Of a DNA stretch of 64,000 nucleotides, positions 1 through 10,151 are shown piece by piece. How positions within the stretch are numbered: position 1 is the stretch's first letter; each line of letters opens with the position of its first letter. This stretch comes from Chiloscyllium plagiosum. Its lineage: Eukaryota. Both the position numbers and the translations under genes were made by a program. A model generated the notes under the pieces. It had not been told where the DNA came from. It searched no databases and saw only the letters and a list, made by a program, of their open reading frames with translations. The stretch covers positions 2,747,984 through 2,811,983 of the forward strand of contig NC_057751.1 of assembly GCF_004010195.1 (NCBI RefSeq), read 5' to 3'.

Positions 1-360
1 CCACAATCTATCACAGAAAGAGTTGCTCTGGGCGTGATGAATGACTTTTCTGATTCAATACATGGACTGGAAACACAACAGAACCATAATGTAACAATTC
101 TAAAAATATATAAAGATGTTTGTCATCGAAGAAGCGGACACCTTTTAAAGTGTTTCCAGTCTGGAGTATGACTGACCAATACGGGTCGTGATGTTACAGC
201 CTACACCCCTTGGATTGAGGAAATTCACACCAAGTCCCATGTTGATGCTTCTCAACCTTGATGAAGTTTTGAAAGCCAAATGGAATTCAGAAGAAATCAC
301 AAGCACACAATGTGTCAAAGATCTGACACAGCTTCCATTTTTCTTCAAAGCTCATAGGAA

Positions 361-692
361 CAGCATGGTGGCTCAATGGTTAGCACTGCTGCCTCAGAAT
401 ACCTGGGTCCCGGGATGGATTTCAGCCTTGGGCTATGTCTGGGTGGGTTTTCGCCGGGTGATCTGGTTTCCTCCCACAGTCCAAAGATATGTAGGTTAGG
501 TGGACTGGCCGTGCTAAATTGTCCTGCAGTGTCCAGGCATGTGCAGCTTCAGTAGATTTCGCCATGGTAAATGTGGGGCTACATGGGATATGGTGGCGGG
601 GTGGGGTGGGTCTGAGTGGGATGCTGTTTGGGCAGTCGGTCCAGACTCGATGGGTCAAATGGCGTCTATCCACACTGTAGCGATTCTATGAT
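361..692 (+). mobile_element. HE1-type tRNA-derived V-SINE
   Basis: Head GCATGGTGGCTCAATGGTTAGCACTGCTGCCTC, V-domain GGTTTCCTCCCACAGTCCAAAGA, CR1-like tail CACACTGTAG..GATTCTATGA; many similar copies in the window. Confidence 0.85.
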
Positions 693-1167
693 TTTCTTCT
701 ATGATAAGCAACCTTGAATCTCATCTGCACAAACCTGGCTGATGACAGGAAATGGCAATCCCTAAATACTTGAATGTAAAATTATAATTGGTGACTATAG
801 TAAACTATAATTGAAAAGTGTCTCCTGAAAGAAAGAGGAACCGCACTTCTGCTCATATCGCTGATGACATCAATCAACACACACTGTGTGAAAAGGAAGA
901 GAGCTGATTGAACAAGATTTCACACTGAGGTTCGATTACATAGCAAATGAAAGGCAGTTAAGGACAGAAAGGTTTGTTCATCTCTCCTGATTCTGCTTGT
1001 GGTCTGCCACTTCTTTCATCCCAGTTCCCTGACTTCTTTCTGAACTGGTTGATATTGTCACTTTTCAAAGTACTGCCAGGCTTCAAACTTAATTAGACTT
1101 GGCCGATTGATGAGGCTCTGGAATGCCATTCCAATCGGCCTTTCAGCCTGATTTTTCACACTGAAGA

Positions 1168-1322
1168 CACTTCTTAAAAGTTCACCTCTCTCTCCAATTT
1201 TCTGGTCATTTAATCTGGGAGTTCCCTATGTGCCTCAATGTCATACTTGGTTTTATAATGTCCCTGTGAAGTGTTTTGGGATTTCCTGACACTGAAATCC
1301 CAACATAAATGTAAGCATTGTG
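1168..1322 (+). mobile_element. L2 LINE 3' end remnant
   Basis: Degenerate match to the L2-type tail (CCTGTGAAGtgttTTGGGA...ATAAATGtAAG). Confidence 0.55.
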
Positions 1323-1533
1323 TCAAGTAACATTTAGTGCAAAACTTGCTGTGTTCCAACAACCTTTTTGAACAATGCTAAAAAGAGAGACAAGGTTGGA
1401 AATTTCTGTCTTGAACTCATTAGGGACTGCTTTCATCACCCGGAAGATGCAAAGTTTTCACTTTGTGGTCTATCTTCAGCAGTGTTAAAAAAAAATCACA
1501 CCACACAGAAATTATGCTTTTGTTATTCAGGGA

Positions 1534-2286
1534 CTCGAAGGAGTAGGTTGGCAGAGAATTGACAGAAGGAGGGATCATCTTAAATAGAACTGGTTGTAGT
1601 TAATGACAAAAATGATCATTTACTTTCAGGAAAAATTGGCAATGCTGATGAAAACCAGTTGGACTATAACCTGATCTTGTGTGATTTTTGACTTTGTCCA
1701 TCCCAGTCCAACATCAGTCTCTCCACATTCAGCAGTGTTGAAATACCGTGCTGACAAGCAATTATTTGTCAAACCCTTCTACAGAAAAAAATCTTCTCGT
1801 CTTCTTCTTTAGATGCTTCTTGCACCAGCCCCAAAATAAAAGTGGAAAGCATTAGAAATATTCAGCAGATCTGGCAGCATGCGAAACAGAGTGAACATTT
1901 CAGATCTGTGACTTCCCATTAAACGTGCAAAGGTCTTGAGAAAGTGAAACGGGGAATGGAGGGTGAGAGGAAAGATCAGAAAGCCCTTAGCTGATGCCTG
2001 CTGGGTAATTTCTTGCTGGGGCTATTGCCATGCCCTAAGCATACAGCTCATGGATTGTATCTGTAACTGGAGGGTGGGAATCATTTCTGGCAATGATGGA
2101 GCTCTAGACGAACCTACAGCCAGTAGTAATCCAGGAATTAACTCATTGTCATTGCTTAAAGTCTTTTGCCATCAGCATTGCCAATTTTTCCTGAAATTAA
2201 ATGATCATTCTTGTCATCAACTGCAACCAATTTTATTTAAGATGGTCCCTCCTTCTGTCAATTCTCTGCCTACCCACTCCTTCGAG
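1534..2286. repeat. 117-bp inverted repeat pair (1534-1650 / 2170-2286), about 92% identical
   Basis: Manual alignment of 1534-1650 to the reverse complement of 2170-2286 gives 108/117 matches and no gaps. Confidence 0.93.
1651..1728 (+). mobile_element. Penelope-like element terminal fragment
   Basis: GTTGGACTATAACCTG..TTGTGTGATTTTTGACTTTGTCCATCCCAGTCCAACA; reverse-complement copies at about 24790 and 27780. Confidence 0.6.
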
Positions 2287-2597
2287 GCTCTCCAAGACCT
2301 TCGAGCCTGACATTTTGAGGCTTCTAAGTGTTGTAGTTTTATTGTCAACATTTCCCAAGGCAATTTTGATATCATCCTTTGTTTGAAAATCAGAGATTTT
2401 AACACATAATGCTCAATATTATTCTGTTCAAAGTTTGTGAGGCTGTGTTCCTTGGAACACGGAATGTCTAATTGCTGTTAAGTAAGCACAAATTCAGGTC
2501 ACTTACTGTTTCCAAAGGGCTGGCTAAAGTACTGCTCAATCCTGGCTTCAGGTCAGAAACATTAAGGAACTGTCTTTTCTCTCAGTTGCAGCAATGT

Positions 2598-2880
2598 GGC
2601 ACGGTGGCTCAGTGGTTAGCACTGCTGCCTCAGCTTGGGTCCCAGGTTCAAATCCAGCCTCCATTACTCTCTGTGTGGAGTTTGCACATTCTCCCTGTAT
2701 CTGTGTGGGTTTCCTCCTCCACTCCAAAACGATGTGCGGGTCAGGTGAATTGGCCATGTGAGGTTGCCCAGAGTGATAGATCAATTAGTCAGAGGAAAAT
2801 GGGTCTTGGTGGGTTACTCTTTGGAGGGTCGGTGTGGACTGGTTGGGCCTGTTTCCACACTGTAGGGAATCTAATCTAAT
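2598..2880 (+). mobile_element. HE1-type V-SINE with (TCTAA)n tail
   Basis: GGCACGGTGGCTCAGTGGTTAGCACTGCTGCCTCA head; ends AATCTAATCTAAT. Confidence 0.88.
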
Positions 2881-3449
2881 GTGTTAATCAAGAAGTTACA
2901 TGGGACGCATAGTAGTGTTGAATAGCATTGCTCAGATGAAGAATCTTATTCTTCTTCCAGCAGTGCTTGTGGTGTGCAGCTAAATATTAATATCTCAATT
3001 TTATTACTACCTTAATAAATCAGAAGAAAAGTTATACTTGAGCTCCCATAGCATCATATGCAGAGATTCAACGCCAAATTCTGACCTACAGTTGAATTGG
3101 AATTAATTATATATGTTTGCTAATACTAATAATCCAATGAGGATCACTGACTGTGCATATGCACATGCATGAACAATGTTGATACAAATTTTAAAAATTA
3201 AAATTAAAATTTTATTTTGTTTCACACTTTTTCTCTCCTTCCCAATATTCTCTTTCATTAAAATAGTTTTCTGCTGAGCTATTTTTAAAGTATTTGTCAC
3301 TATTTGTTTAAATATACTTCGGAGATGTTGCTGCTGTAGCACATGCTCCTGGGTGTCAGCAAGAGTGGCCTTAATTATAATGACATAAAGGTAAAAGATA
3401 AAGTTGGCATGGTCTGATCTGTCCATTCAGCTACTCTGCCATGTGAGAG

Positions 3450-3622
3450 ACAGAGAGATGACTGGTGGTGGTTTAGCCTGGGAGTCACCACACCTCAGAT
3501 GAGGGGAGAGATTGGGAAGGAGAATCTTTCATGGTAACTTCAGCTAATGCAGGAATTGAGCCCACACTATTGGCATCATTCTGCATTGCAAAGCAGCCAC
3601 CCAGCCAAATGATTTACCAACC
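3450..3622 (-). mobile_element. short tRNA-derived SINE (non-HE1)
   Basis: Minus strand has a degenerate tRNA-like head with B-box-like GGGCTCAATTCC, then a short body ending in TCTCTCT. Confidence 0.55.
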
Positions 3623-4084
3623 TTTTATAAGAAGGCATGCAGAGTTAATTTTAGATTTTGAAGGCATCAAGGAGGGTGGGGAGAAAGGGCGAATATTGCA
3701 CTGAGATAAAGAATCAGCTGTGATTATATTGCAAGATGAAGCAGGCTTGAATGGCCAAATGTCTTCCATCTTCTACTTTATATGTTTCACATTCATATTC
3801 ATCAAACAAATGCTGCCTATGAAGAGTTTATATATACATTTATGATGCAAATTGTCAATGTTGACTTGCAATGCAATAATTAAATGGACAGAAAAATCCA
3901 CAATGGAAGTGTGCACCAGCTATGCTGTGAAACAGCACCACTATTCATGCAATGTCAGCACATTTCCCAGATGGAGAAAATCATAAGACATATGCACCAT
4001 TAAGAACCAGATCACTGAGCCAAGACCAGGAGATCCCCTGGCTTTGACCTCCCTTGAGGACAAGTCACCTATTGTTTTCATCTT

Positions 4085-4457
4085 TAAAGGGTTGTGGGCT
4101 TTGTAAGTTGGCCAAAATTGGTTGCCCATTCCAAAATGAAATGAATGACTTGCTACACTGTTCAGTGGGCAGTGAGAAGCCCAGGACATTACTATAGGTC
4201 TGGAGTCACAGGTAGGCATGACCAGTTAACAACGACAGATTGCTTTTCTTCAAGGACATGAATAAATTCGATGGGTTTTTAATGACAATTGATGATAGTG
4301 TCATAATCAGCATCCCTGAGATTAGCTTTCAATTCCAGAATTTATTGATTGACTTTAAATTCTCAACAGCTGCTGTGGTGTAATTTGAACCTAGGTCCTC
4401 ACATCATTAGCCTGGCCCTCGAGATTCATTGTCCATTACAATGACCACAATACCACC
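4085..4457 (-). mobile_element. tRNA-derived SINE with Meta-domain-like core
   Basis: Minus strand: tRNA head (GGTTCAAAT B-box), AAAAACCCATC...ATGTCCTTGAAGAAAAGCAATCTG...GCCTACCTGTGACTCCAGACC core, CR1-like tail. Confidence 0.7.
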
Positions 4458-4469
4458 ATCAGTCCATTC

Positions 4470-4760
4470 CATAACTCTACCCTCTAGAAGGACAGGGGCA
4501 GCTGATACATGGGAATACCTCCCCCTGCAAGTTCCCCTCCAAGCCACTCTCCATCCTGACTTGGAAATACATCACCATTCCTTCACTGTCGACGGATCAT
4601 AATCATGGAACTCCCTCCCATATGACATTGTAGATCCATCTACAATACGTGGACTGCAGCAGTTCAAGAAGGCAGCTCAACACCACTTCCTCAAGGGAAA
4701 CTGGAGGTGAGCAGTAAGCACAAGCACTGCCAGTGATGCCCAAAGTCTGTGAACGATTTT
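4470..4760 (+). mobile_element. CR1-group LINE (family B) 3' end
   Basis: Same 3' sequence as 20900-21160 (CCATCCTGACTTGGAAAT...CAGCAGTTCAAGAAGGCAGCTCA). Confidence 0.75.
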
Positions 4761-4894
4761 GTAAAAAGTGGAACATTGGGCAACTACAACAATGGGAGGA
4801 GAAAGTGAGGTCTGCAGATGCTGGAGATCAGAGCTGAAAATGTGTTGCTGGAAAAGCGCAGCAGGTCAGGCAGCATCCAAGCAGCAGGAGAATC

Positions 4895-4922
4895 AACGTT
4901 TCGGGCATAAGCCCTTCTTCAG
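4895..4922 (-). ncRNA. minimal hammerhead ribozyme motif (PLE-associated)
   Basis: Minus strand CTGAAGA-A-GGGC-TTAT-GCCC-GAAAC-GTT. Confidence 0.7.
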
Positions 4923-5057
4923 GAATGAGGAAAGTGTGCCCAGCAGGCTAAGATAAAAGGTAGGGAGGAGGGACTTGGGGGGAGGGGCTTTGGAAATGCG
5001 ATAGATGGAGGGAGGTCAAGGTGAGGGTGATAGGCCGGAGTGGAGTGGGGGTGGGGA

Positions 5058-5760
5058 NNNNNNNNNNNNNNNNNNNNNNNNNNNNNNNNNNNNNNNNNNN
5101 NNNNNNNNNNNNNNNNNNNNNNNNNNNNNNNNNNNNNNNNNNNNNNNNNNNNNNNNNNNNNNNNNNNNNNNNNNNNNNNNNNNNNNNNNNNNNNNNNNNN
5201 NNNNNNNNNNNNNNNNNNNNNNNNNNNNNNNNNNNNNNNNNNNNNNNNNNNNNNNNNNNNNNNNNNNNNNNNNNNNNNNNNNNNNNNNNNNNNNNNNNNN
5301 NNNNNNNNNNNNNNNNNNNNNNNNNNNNNNNNNNNNNNNNNNNNNNNNNNNNNNNNNNNNNNNNNNNNNNNNNNNNNNNNNNNNNNNNNNNNNNNNNNNN
5401 NNNNNNNNNNNNNNNNNNNNNNNNNNNNNNNNNNNNNNNNNNNNNNNNNNNNNNNNNNNNNNNNNNNNNNNNNNNNNNNNNNNNNNNNNNNNNNNNNNNN
5501 NNNNNNNNNNNNNNNNNNNNNNNNNNNNNNNNNNNNNNNNNNNNNNNNNNNNNNNNNNNNNNNNNNNNNNNNNNNNNNNNNNNNNNNNNNNNNNNNNNNN
5601 NNNNNNNNNNNNNNNNNNNNNNNNNNNNNNNNNNNNNNNNNNNNNNNNNNNNNNNNNNNNNNNNNNNNNNNNNNNNNNNNNNNNNNNNNNNNNNNNNNNN
5701 NNNNNNNNNNNNNNNNNNNNNNNNNNNNNNNNNNNNNNNNNNNNNNNNNNNNNNNNNNNN
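5058..5760. other. assembly gap
   Basis: run of N. Confidence 1.
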
Positions 5761-6481
5761 TTGTCTCAGTCAAATCCCTCGAACTCAGCACCGCCTTCCT
5801 AACCTGCAATCTTCTTCCTGACCTCTCCGCCCCCACTCCACTCCAGCCTATCACCCTCACCTTGACCTCTTCCACCTATCGCATTTCCAACGCCCCTCCC
5901 CCAAGTCCCTCCTCCCTACCTTTTATCTTAGCCTGCTGGACAAACTTTCCTCATTCCTGAAGAAGGGCTTATGCCCGAAATGTCAATTCTCCTACTCCTT
6001 TGATGCTGCCTGACCTGCTGCGCTTTTCCAGCAACACATTTTCAGCAACTACAACAATGGCCATGAATCTCAAAGCAGCGAATGCATTACATGAACCTTC
6101 CCACTATGGTCTGTTGTGAGAGACACGTCGTTTCTCAACGCAGGAAGCTGTCAAACCAAACAAGATGTCCTATAATATGCATTTCTCCATCTGAGAAAAA
6201 GAACAGTCATACACAACTTTGACATGTGTGGTGCTTTTCGCAAGCAAATTTGACCTTTAAAGTGATCCCTTTTTGATCTGACTCCCTTTCTCAAAATTGA
6301 AAACAGGGAATACAGTTATTGAAACAAAAACACAAAGGTCTGGCGGCATCTGTGGAGAGAGAAGCAGAGTGGATGTTTTGAGTCCAGTGAGCCTTTATTG
6401 GAGTTCATTAAACACTGCCAATCAAATAACTAGGCTGAGACCTGCACAGAATCCCAGAAATGTTCACAGTACAGGACTGTT

Positions 6482-7174
6482 TCAAGATAGAGTAACAGGG
6501 CTGAGCCTGAGGCTCACCTGCTTCCGTCTGCTTTCTTTCTCTTTTCTCTTCCTTTCTTTTACATTTGCTCCTTTTCTTTTTTTTTAACTTTGTTTTACTT
6601 TCTTTAAAGCCTGGAGAGTTGCCGGGTGAAGGTGGTGGCAAGGGCAGGATGAGCCGGATGCGCCTCCACCCCGGCCCAGGGTCTCCCAGTGAGTGAGAAG
6701 CAGGTCACAGGCTGATTCCCCTCAGCCCGGACCCGCAGGCTAAGCCAAGGCTGCAGGTCAGCGGCCAGGCCTGAGCGCCCGAGGGAGTGAAGGCGTCAGT
6801 GAAAGTGATGGATGGCGAGCCAGTGGTAGCGCCTGGAGGAGCGTCAGATGGCAGAGAGGAGAATCCACGTATCCCCAGGCCCATTGCTTCAGCTTGTCAT
6901 GGTAATGGTGGGGGTGGTGATAGCTGGGGCCCGTACCCAAGATCCCAGAGCCCATTGTTGAGATGCAAGAGCTCGTTTCACAGACTCCGGCTGACATCAC
7001 ACAATGGCCGGAGGAGGAACAAGAAGAAGAGAGGAAGATCATATCCTTGACGATAAATTCTTGCATTATTTTGTGTTTCAGGATGACACCGGAGCACAGC
7101 AACACCATGTAAAACACGCCAATAACACTTTTCAGTATATTTTGACATACATGTGTCAATAAATATAAATCAAA
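6482..7174 (+). mobile_element. non-autonomous retroelement with Rex1/Babar-like tail
   Basis: Head resembles that at 13268 (AAGAT..CAGGGCT..GCTCACCTGCT + pyrimidine tract); tail TTTTCAGTAT..CATGTGTCAATAAA..TCAAA resembles the Rex tail at 21433. Confidence 0.6.
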
Positions 7175-7334
7175 GGTGAGGCATACATTTGGAAACTTAA
7201 AGAAACGTTATTAAAAAGACACAAAAGGTAATGCATAATATTAAAAATCCTTGATTTAGCACATGAAAACATTTATTTCTCATGAAAAATGGTGACTTCA
7301 GAACTTTCAGAAACTTTTTGAGAGTTCATAAGGT

Positions 7335-7815
7335 TTCAGAAGAGATTTACCAGGATGTTGCCGGGTGTGGATGGTTTGAATTTAAAGAAAGACTGAACAG
7401 CCTTGGACTTTATCCATTGGAGCATTGGTGGTTGAGAGATGAATTTGTAGATGTTTATAAAATAATGAAAGGTATAGATCGAGTTAATGGTAGTTGTCTT
7501 TTCCCTGGTTTGGGGGATCTCAAAAACTAGGGGGTACATTTTTAAGGTGAGAGGAGAGAGATTTTAAAAAGACATCAGGGGCAACCTTTTTACACAGAGG
7601 CTGGTTCACATGTGCAGTAAACTTCCTGAAGGAGTGGTGGACATGGGTACAATTACAATGTTTCAAAGACATTTGGTTAAGTACATGAATGGGAAAGGTT
7701 TGGAGGGATATGGGCCAGGAGCAGGCAGGTGGGACGAGTTTAGGTTGGGATTATGTTGAGCATGGACTGGTTGGACCGAAGGGTCTTTTTCTATGCTGTG
7801 ACATGCAATGACTCT
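7335..7815 (+). mobile_element. CR1/HER1-type LINE 3' fragment
   Basis: Translation ERLNSLGLYPLEHWWLRDEFVDVYKIMKGIDRV (CR1 ORF2 C-terminus) followed by a 3' UTR. Confidence 0.85.
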
Positions 7816-7928
7816 CTGTCAAGTCTAGAATAAAGGTTGACATTGGAAATTATCATGGAGACATGCAACAGAAAGATGACAACAGTGAGTGCTGTAGGTA
7901 CAGACAGGAATTGTGTATAATATCAGAT

Positions 7929-8074
7929 TCTGGATTAGTGGTGCTCGAAGAGCACAGCAGTTCAGGCAGCATCCAAGGTACTGCTTCTCAGATGCTGCCT
8001 GAACTGCTGTGCTTTTCCAGCACCACTAATCCAGAATCGGGTTTCCAGCATCTGCAGTCATTGTTTTTGCCTAC
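7929..8074. mobile_element. ORF-less PLE-derived mini fold-back
   Basis: GATTCTGGATTAGTGGTGCT..CACAGCAGTTCAGGCAGCATC mirrored by GATGCTGCCTGAACTGCTGTG..AGCACCACTAATCCAGAATC; TSD TAAT(A/G)TCAGAT at 7918-7928 / 8075-8085. Confidence 0.75.
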
Positions 8075-10004
8075 TAATGTCAGATATTTAATCAGTTATT
8101 GTTTCAGCTCAAAGACTAAATTAGGAATACAAAAATACAGAGACCAAATTTTGAAACTTTTCAAGCAAATGACATGGAGATAAGCAAAACAAAGATCAAA
8201 ATGGAGCTGTACAATTTCTCATCAATTATCCAGATTTTGAATTAAAATTGAGTACACTTCAGGAAGCATAAATTGATGCTTCAGAGAAGATTCTCACCAA
8301 TTAGGAATGAGGGTTTCCAATCAGTTTTTTGGAACGCAGGATCATTCTCTTTCAGGCTGGGATAATTGGGTGATTCAACATGGCTTTGCCGATTGACAAA
8401 GGCTTAGACAGAAGTGATAGATAGGAAGTGTTCCATTCACAGGAGGGATGCAAAGAAAATATTTAAAATGATTGGCAAGTGAACAAAAAGGCGAGATGAG
8501 CATTGTCTTACTCTTGCAATTTGGCGTGACGCGGAATGCAGTGCATTAAATTGCAGTGGAAACATTGAAGAGTGATTTTCAAGGGAGGATTGGATAAACA
8601 CTTGAAAAGTTAGATTTGCAATGCTCTGGTAGGAACCAGAGAGTGGGAGTAATTGAAAGAATCTTAGAAAGAATCGCCAGTGGCATAATGGACTGAATAG
8701 CTTCCTTGTGTACTGTGCAATTCAATGACTGCAGGGACTTTGCAAGGTCAGGTTAAGCCTTGCCTCGCAGTATGCAAAAGAACCAAAACATTATGACATT
8801 CCATCGTGACAAAGTGATTCATCTGTGATGCTTTCATTCTGATGAGACAGGAATAGCTGATGGAGTGCAGTCAGATTAACATCATAGGTAAACCATCATC
8901 TGTGCAGTTTGCAGGAGTTCAGTGCTTAAAAGCTCACATTTTATTACCCCTAGAATTTAATTAATATGCTCATAAACATTTTTATAAACATTTTTGGTCA
9001 TGCTTTGAAGTCAAAAGTGCAAAGCAAAGGTTTGCTCAATAATAGCTGTGTTTTGTGTGTGACCTTTAGTCTCCAGTGTGATTGAAATTGTAAATCTGTT
9101 GCCAGCTGAGTGAAAGGTAATCTTTCCAACAGCAGGAACATAAAACTTCCTTTGGGAATGGAATTCCAGGGAACTATTAACAGTTCTCATTGATCTGCTT
9201 CCTTCTGAGTCACCATCATGGCAACATTGGGATGCCTCAAAAGTGATCTTCAAAGAACACTTCACAGACCTTTAGAAAATCTGGAAGGGTGATGATCTGT
9301 GCTTTTCAGAGATTAAGCATGATTGATGGTCCTGTAATCATTTTATTTCATGCCTGGCAATGTCACCTGAGGCAGGAATCACTTTTTTGGCCAGCAAGGA
9401 CAAAGTTCTCTTCATGGCAAGCTTTTCTCTCTGGCTGGCCCTGACATTCCAACCATGGGTTCTCCTGAAGCAATAACAAGGAATGGTTTTGACACCAACA
9501 TTGCAAGAATTGTTGACATAACTCCTCAAAATTACATTCATCAGGCAGAATTCAAGAGATGACAACTAAATGCAATAAAACATTCTGATGGTATGAAAAG
9601 ATGAAGTCCAGAAAGCTGTGAACTCTGAATTGATTTGAAATATCAGTGATGCCTCAAGGGTTGAGACAGGAATTCTTCAAGAGTTTGTTGCTGAATATTT
9701 GAGCCTCTATTTGAGCTGACTGGCTTGGGATCATTTTCAGCTGTCATTATTCTGGACTAATATTCCCAGGTATCTTTATGTTCCTGCTTACAGAACCCTT
9801 TGCTCCTGATCTGAAACCAACCTTTTCAATAAATTGCATGTGTTTTATTTGCTTTGTGGAGAACGTGTGGACTGGGTGTGGGTTCCTTGTCTCAGGGTTG
9901 AACGTCAGAGTTGCAAGACACCCTTGAACACACAATGCATGCGTCTCTGAAGCATCCATCAGCACTGCATGCTGAAGTGGGACTCAACAATGACAGAACT
10001 GCTC

Positions 10005-10148
10005 AGTGAGTCACAGAGAGAGCTGCACTGTCAGAGGGAACATCTTTCAGATGAGCTGATAAACCCTGGTGTGGCCTCAATTGCGGTTTGTGCCAAGTGT
10101 CCTGTGTCCAGTATATTCTATCAATCAACCATCACTTTAAAACTGATG
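10005..10148 (+). mobile_element. Deu-domain SINE remnant
   Basis: GCTGCACTGTCAGAGGGAACATCTTTCAGATGAGCTGATAAACC resembles the Deu-domain core. Confidence 0.6.
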
Positions 10149-10151
10149 CTA

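Larger units (their letters stand above)
4796..6044. mobile_element. Penelope-like fold-back insertion (inverted terminal arms) with 16-bp TSD; centre is an N-gap
   Basis: Left arm (about 4830-5057) is the reverse complement of the right arm (about 5830-6044); flanked by perfect GCAACTACAACAATGG at 4780-4795 and 6045-6060; each arm has a hammerhead core. Confidence 0.85.

Noticed and set aside
361..430. tRNA-like sequences at SINE heads
   Set aside because: They are SINE promoter regions continuing into SINE bodies, not tRNA genes
1101..1140. GGCCGATTG/CAATCGGCC hairpin containing TGATGA (possible C/D snoRNA or hammerhead)
   Set aside because: No D box inside the stem and no GAAA; too short to support a call
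4919..5960. Long ORFs of 265-318 aa (and those over the gaps at 16730 and 39473)
   Set aside because: Artefacts of N-runs; only the PLE-derived flanking peptides are real
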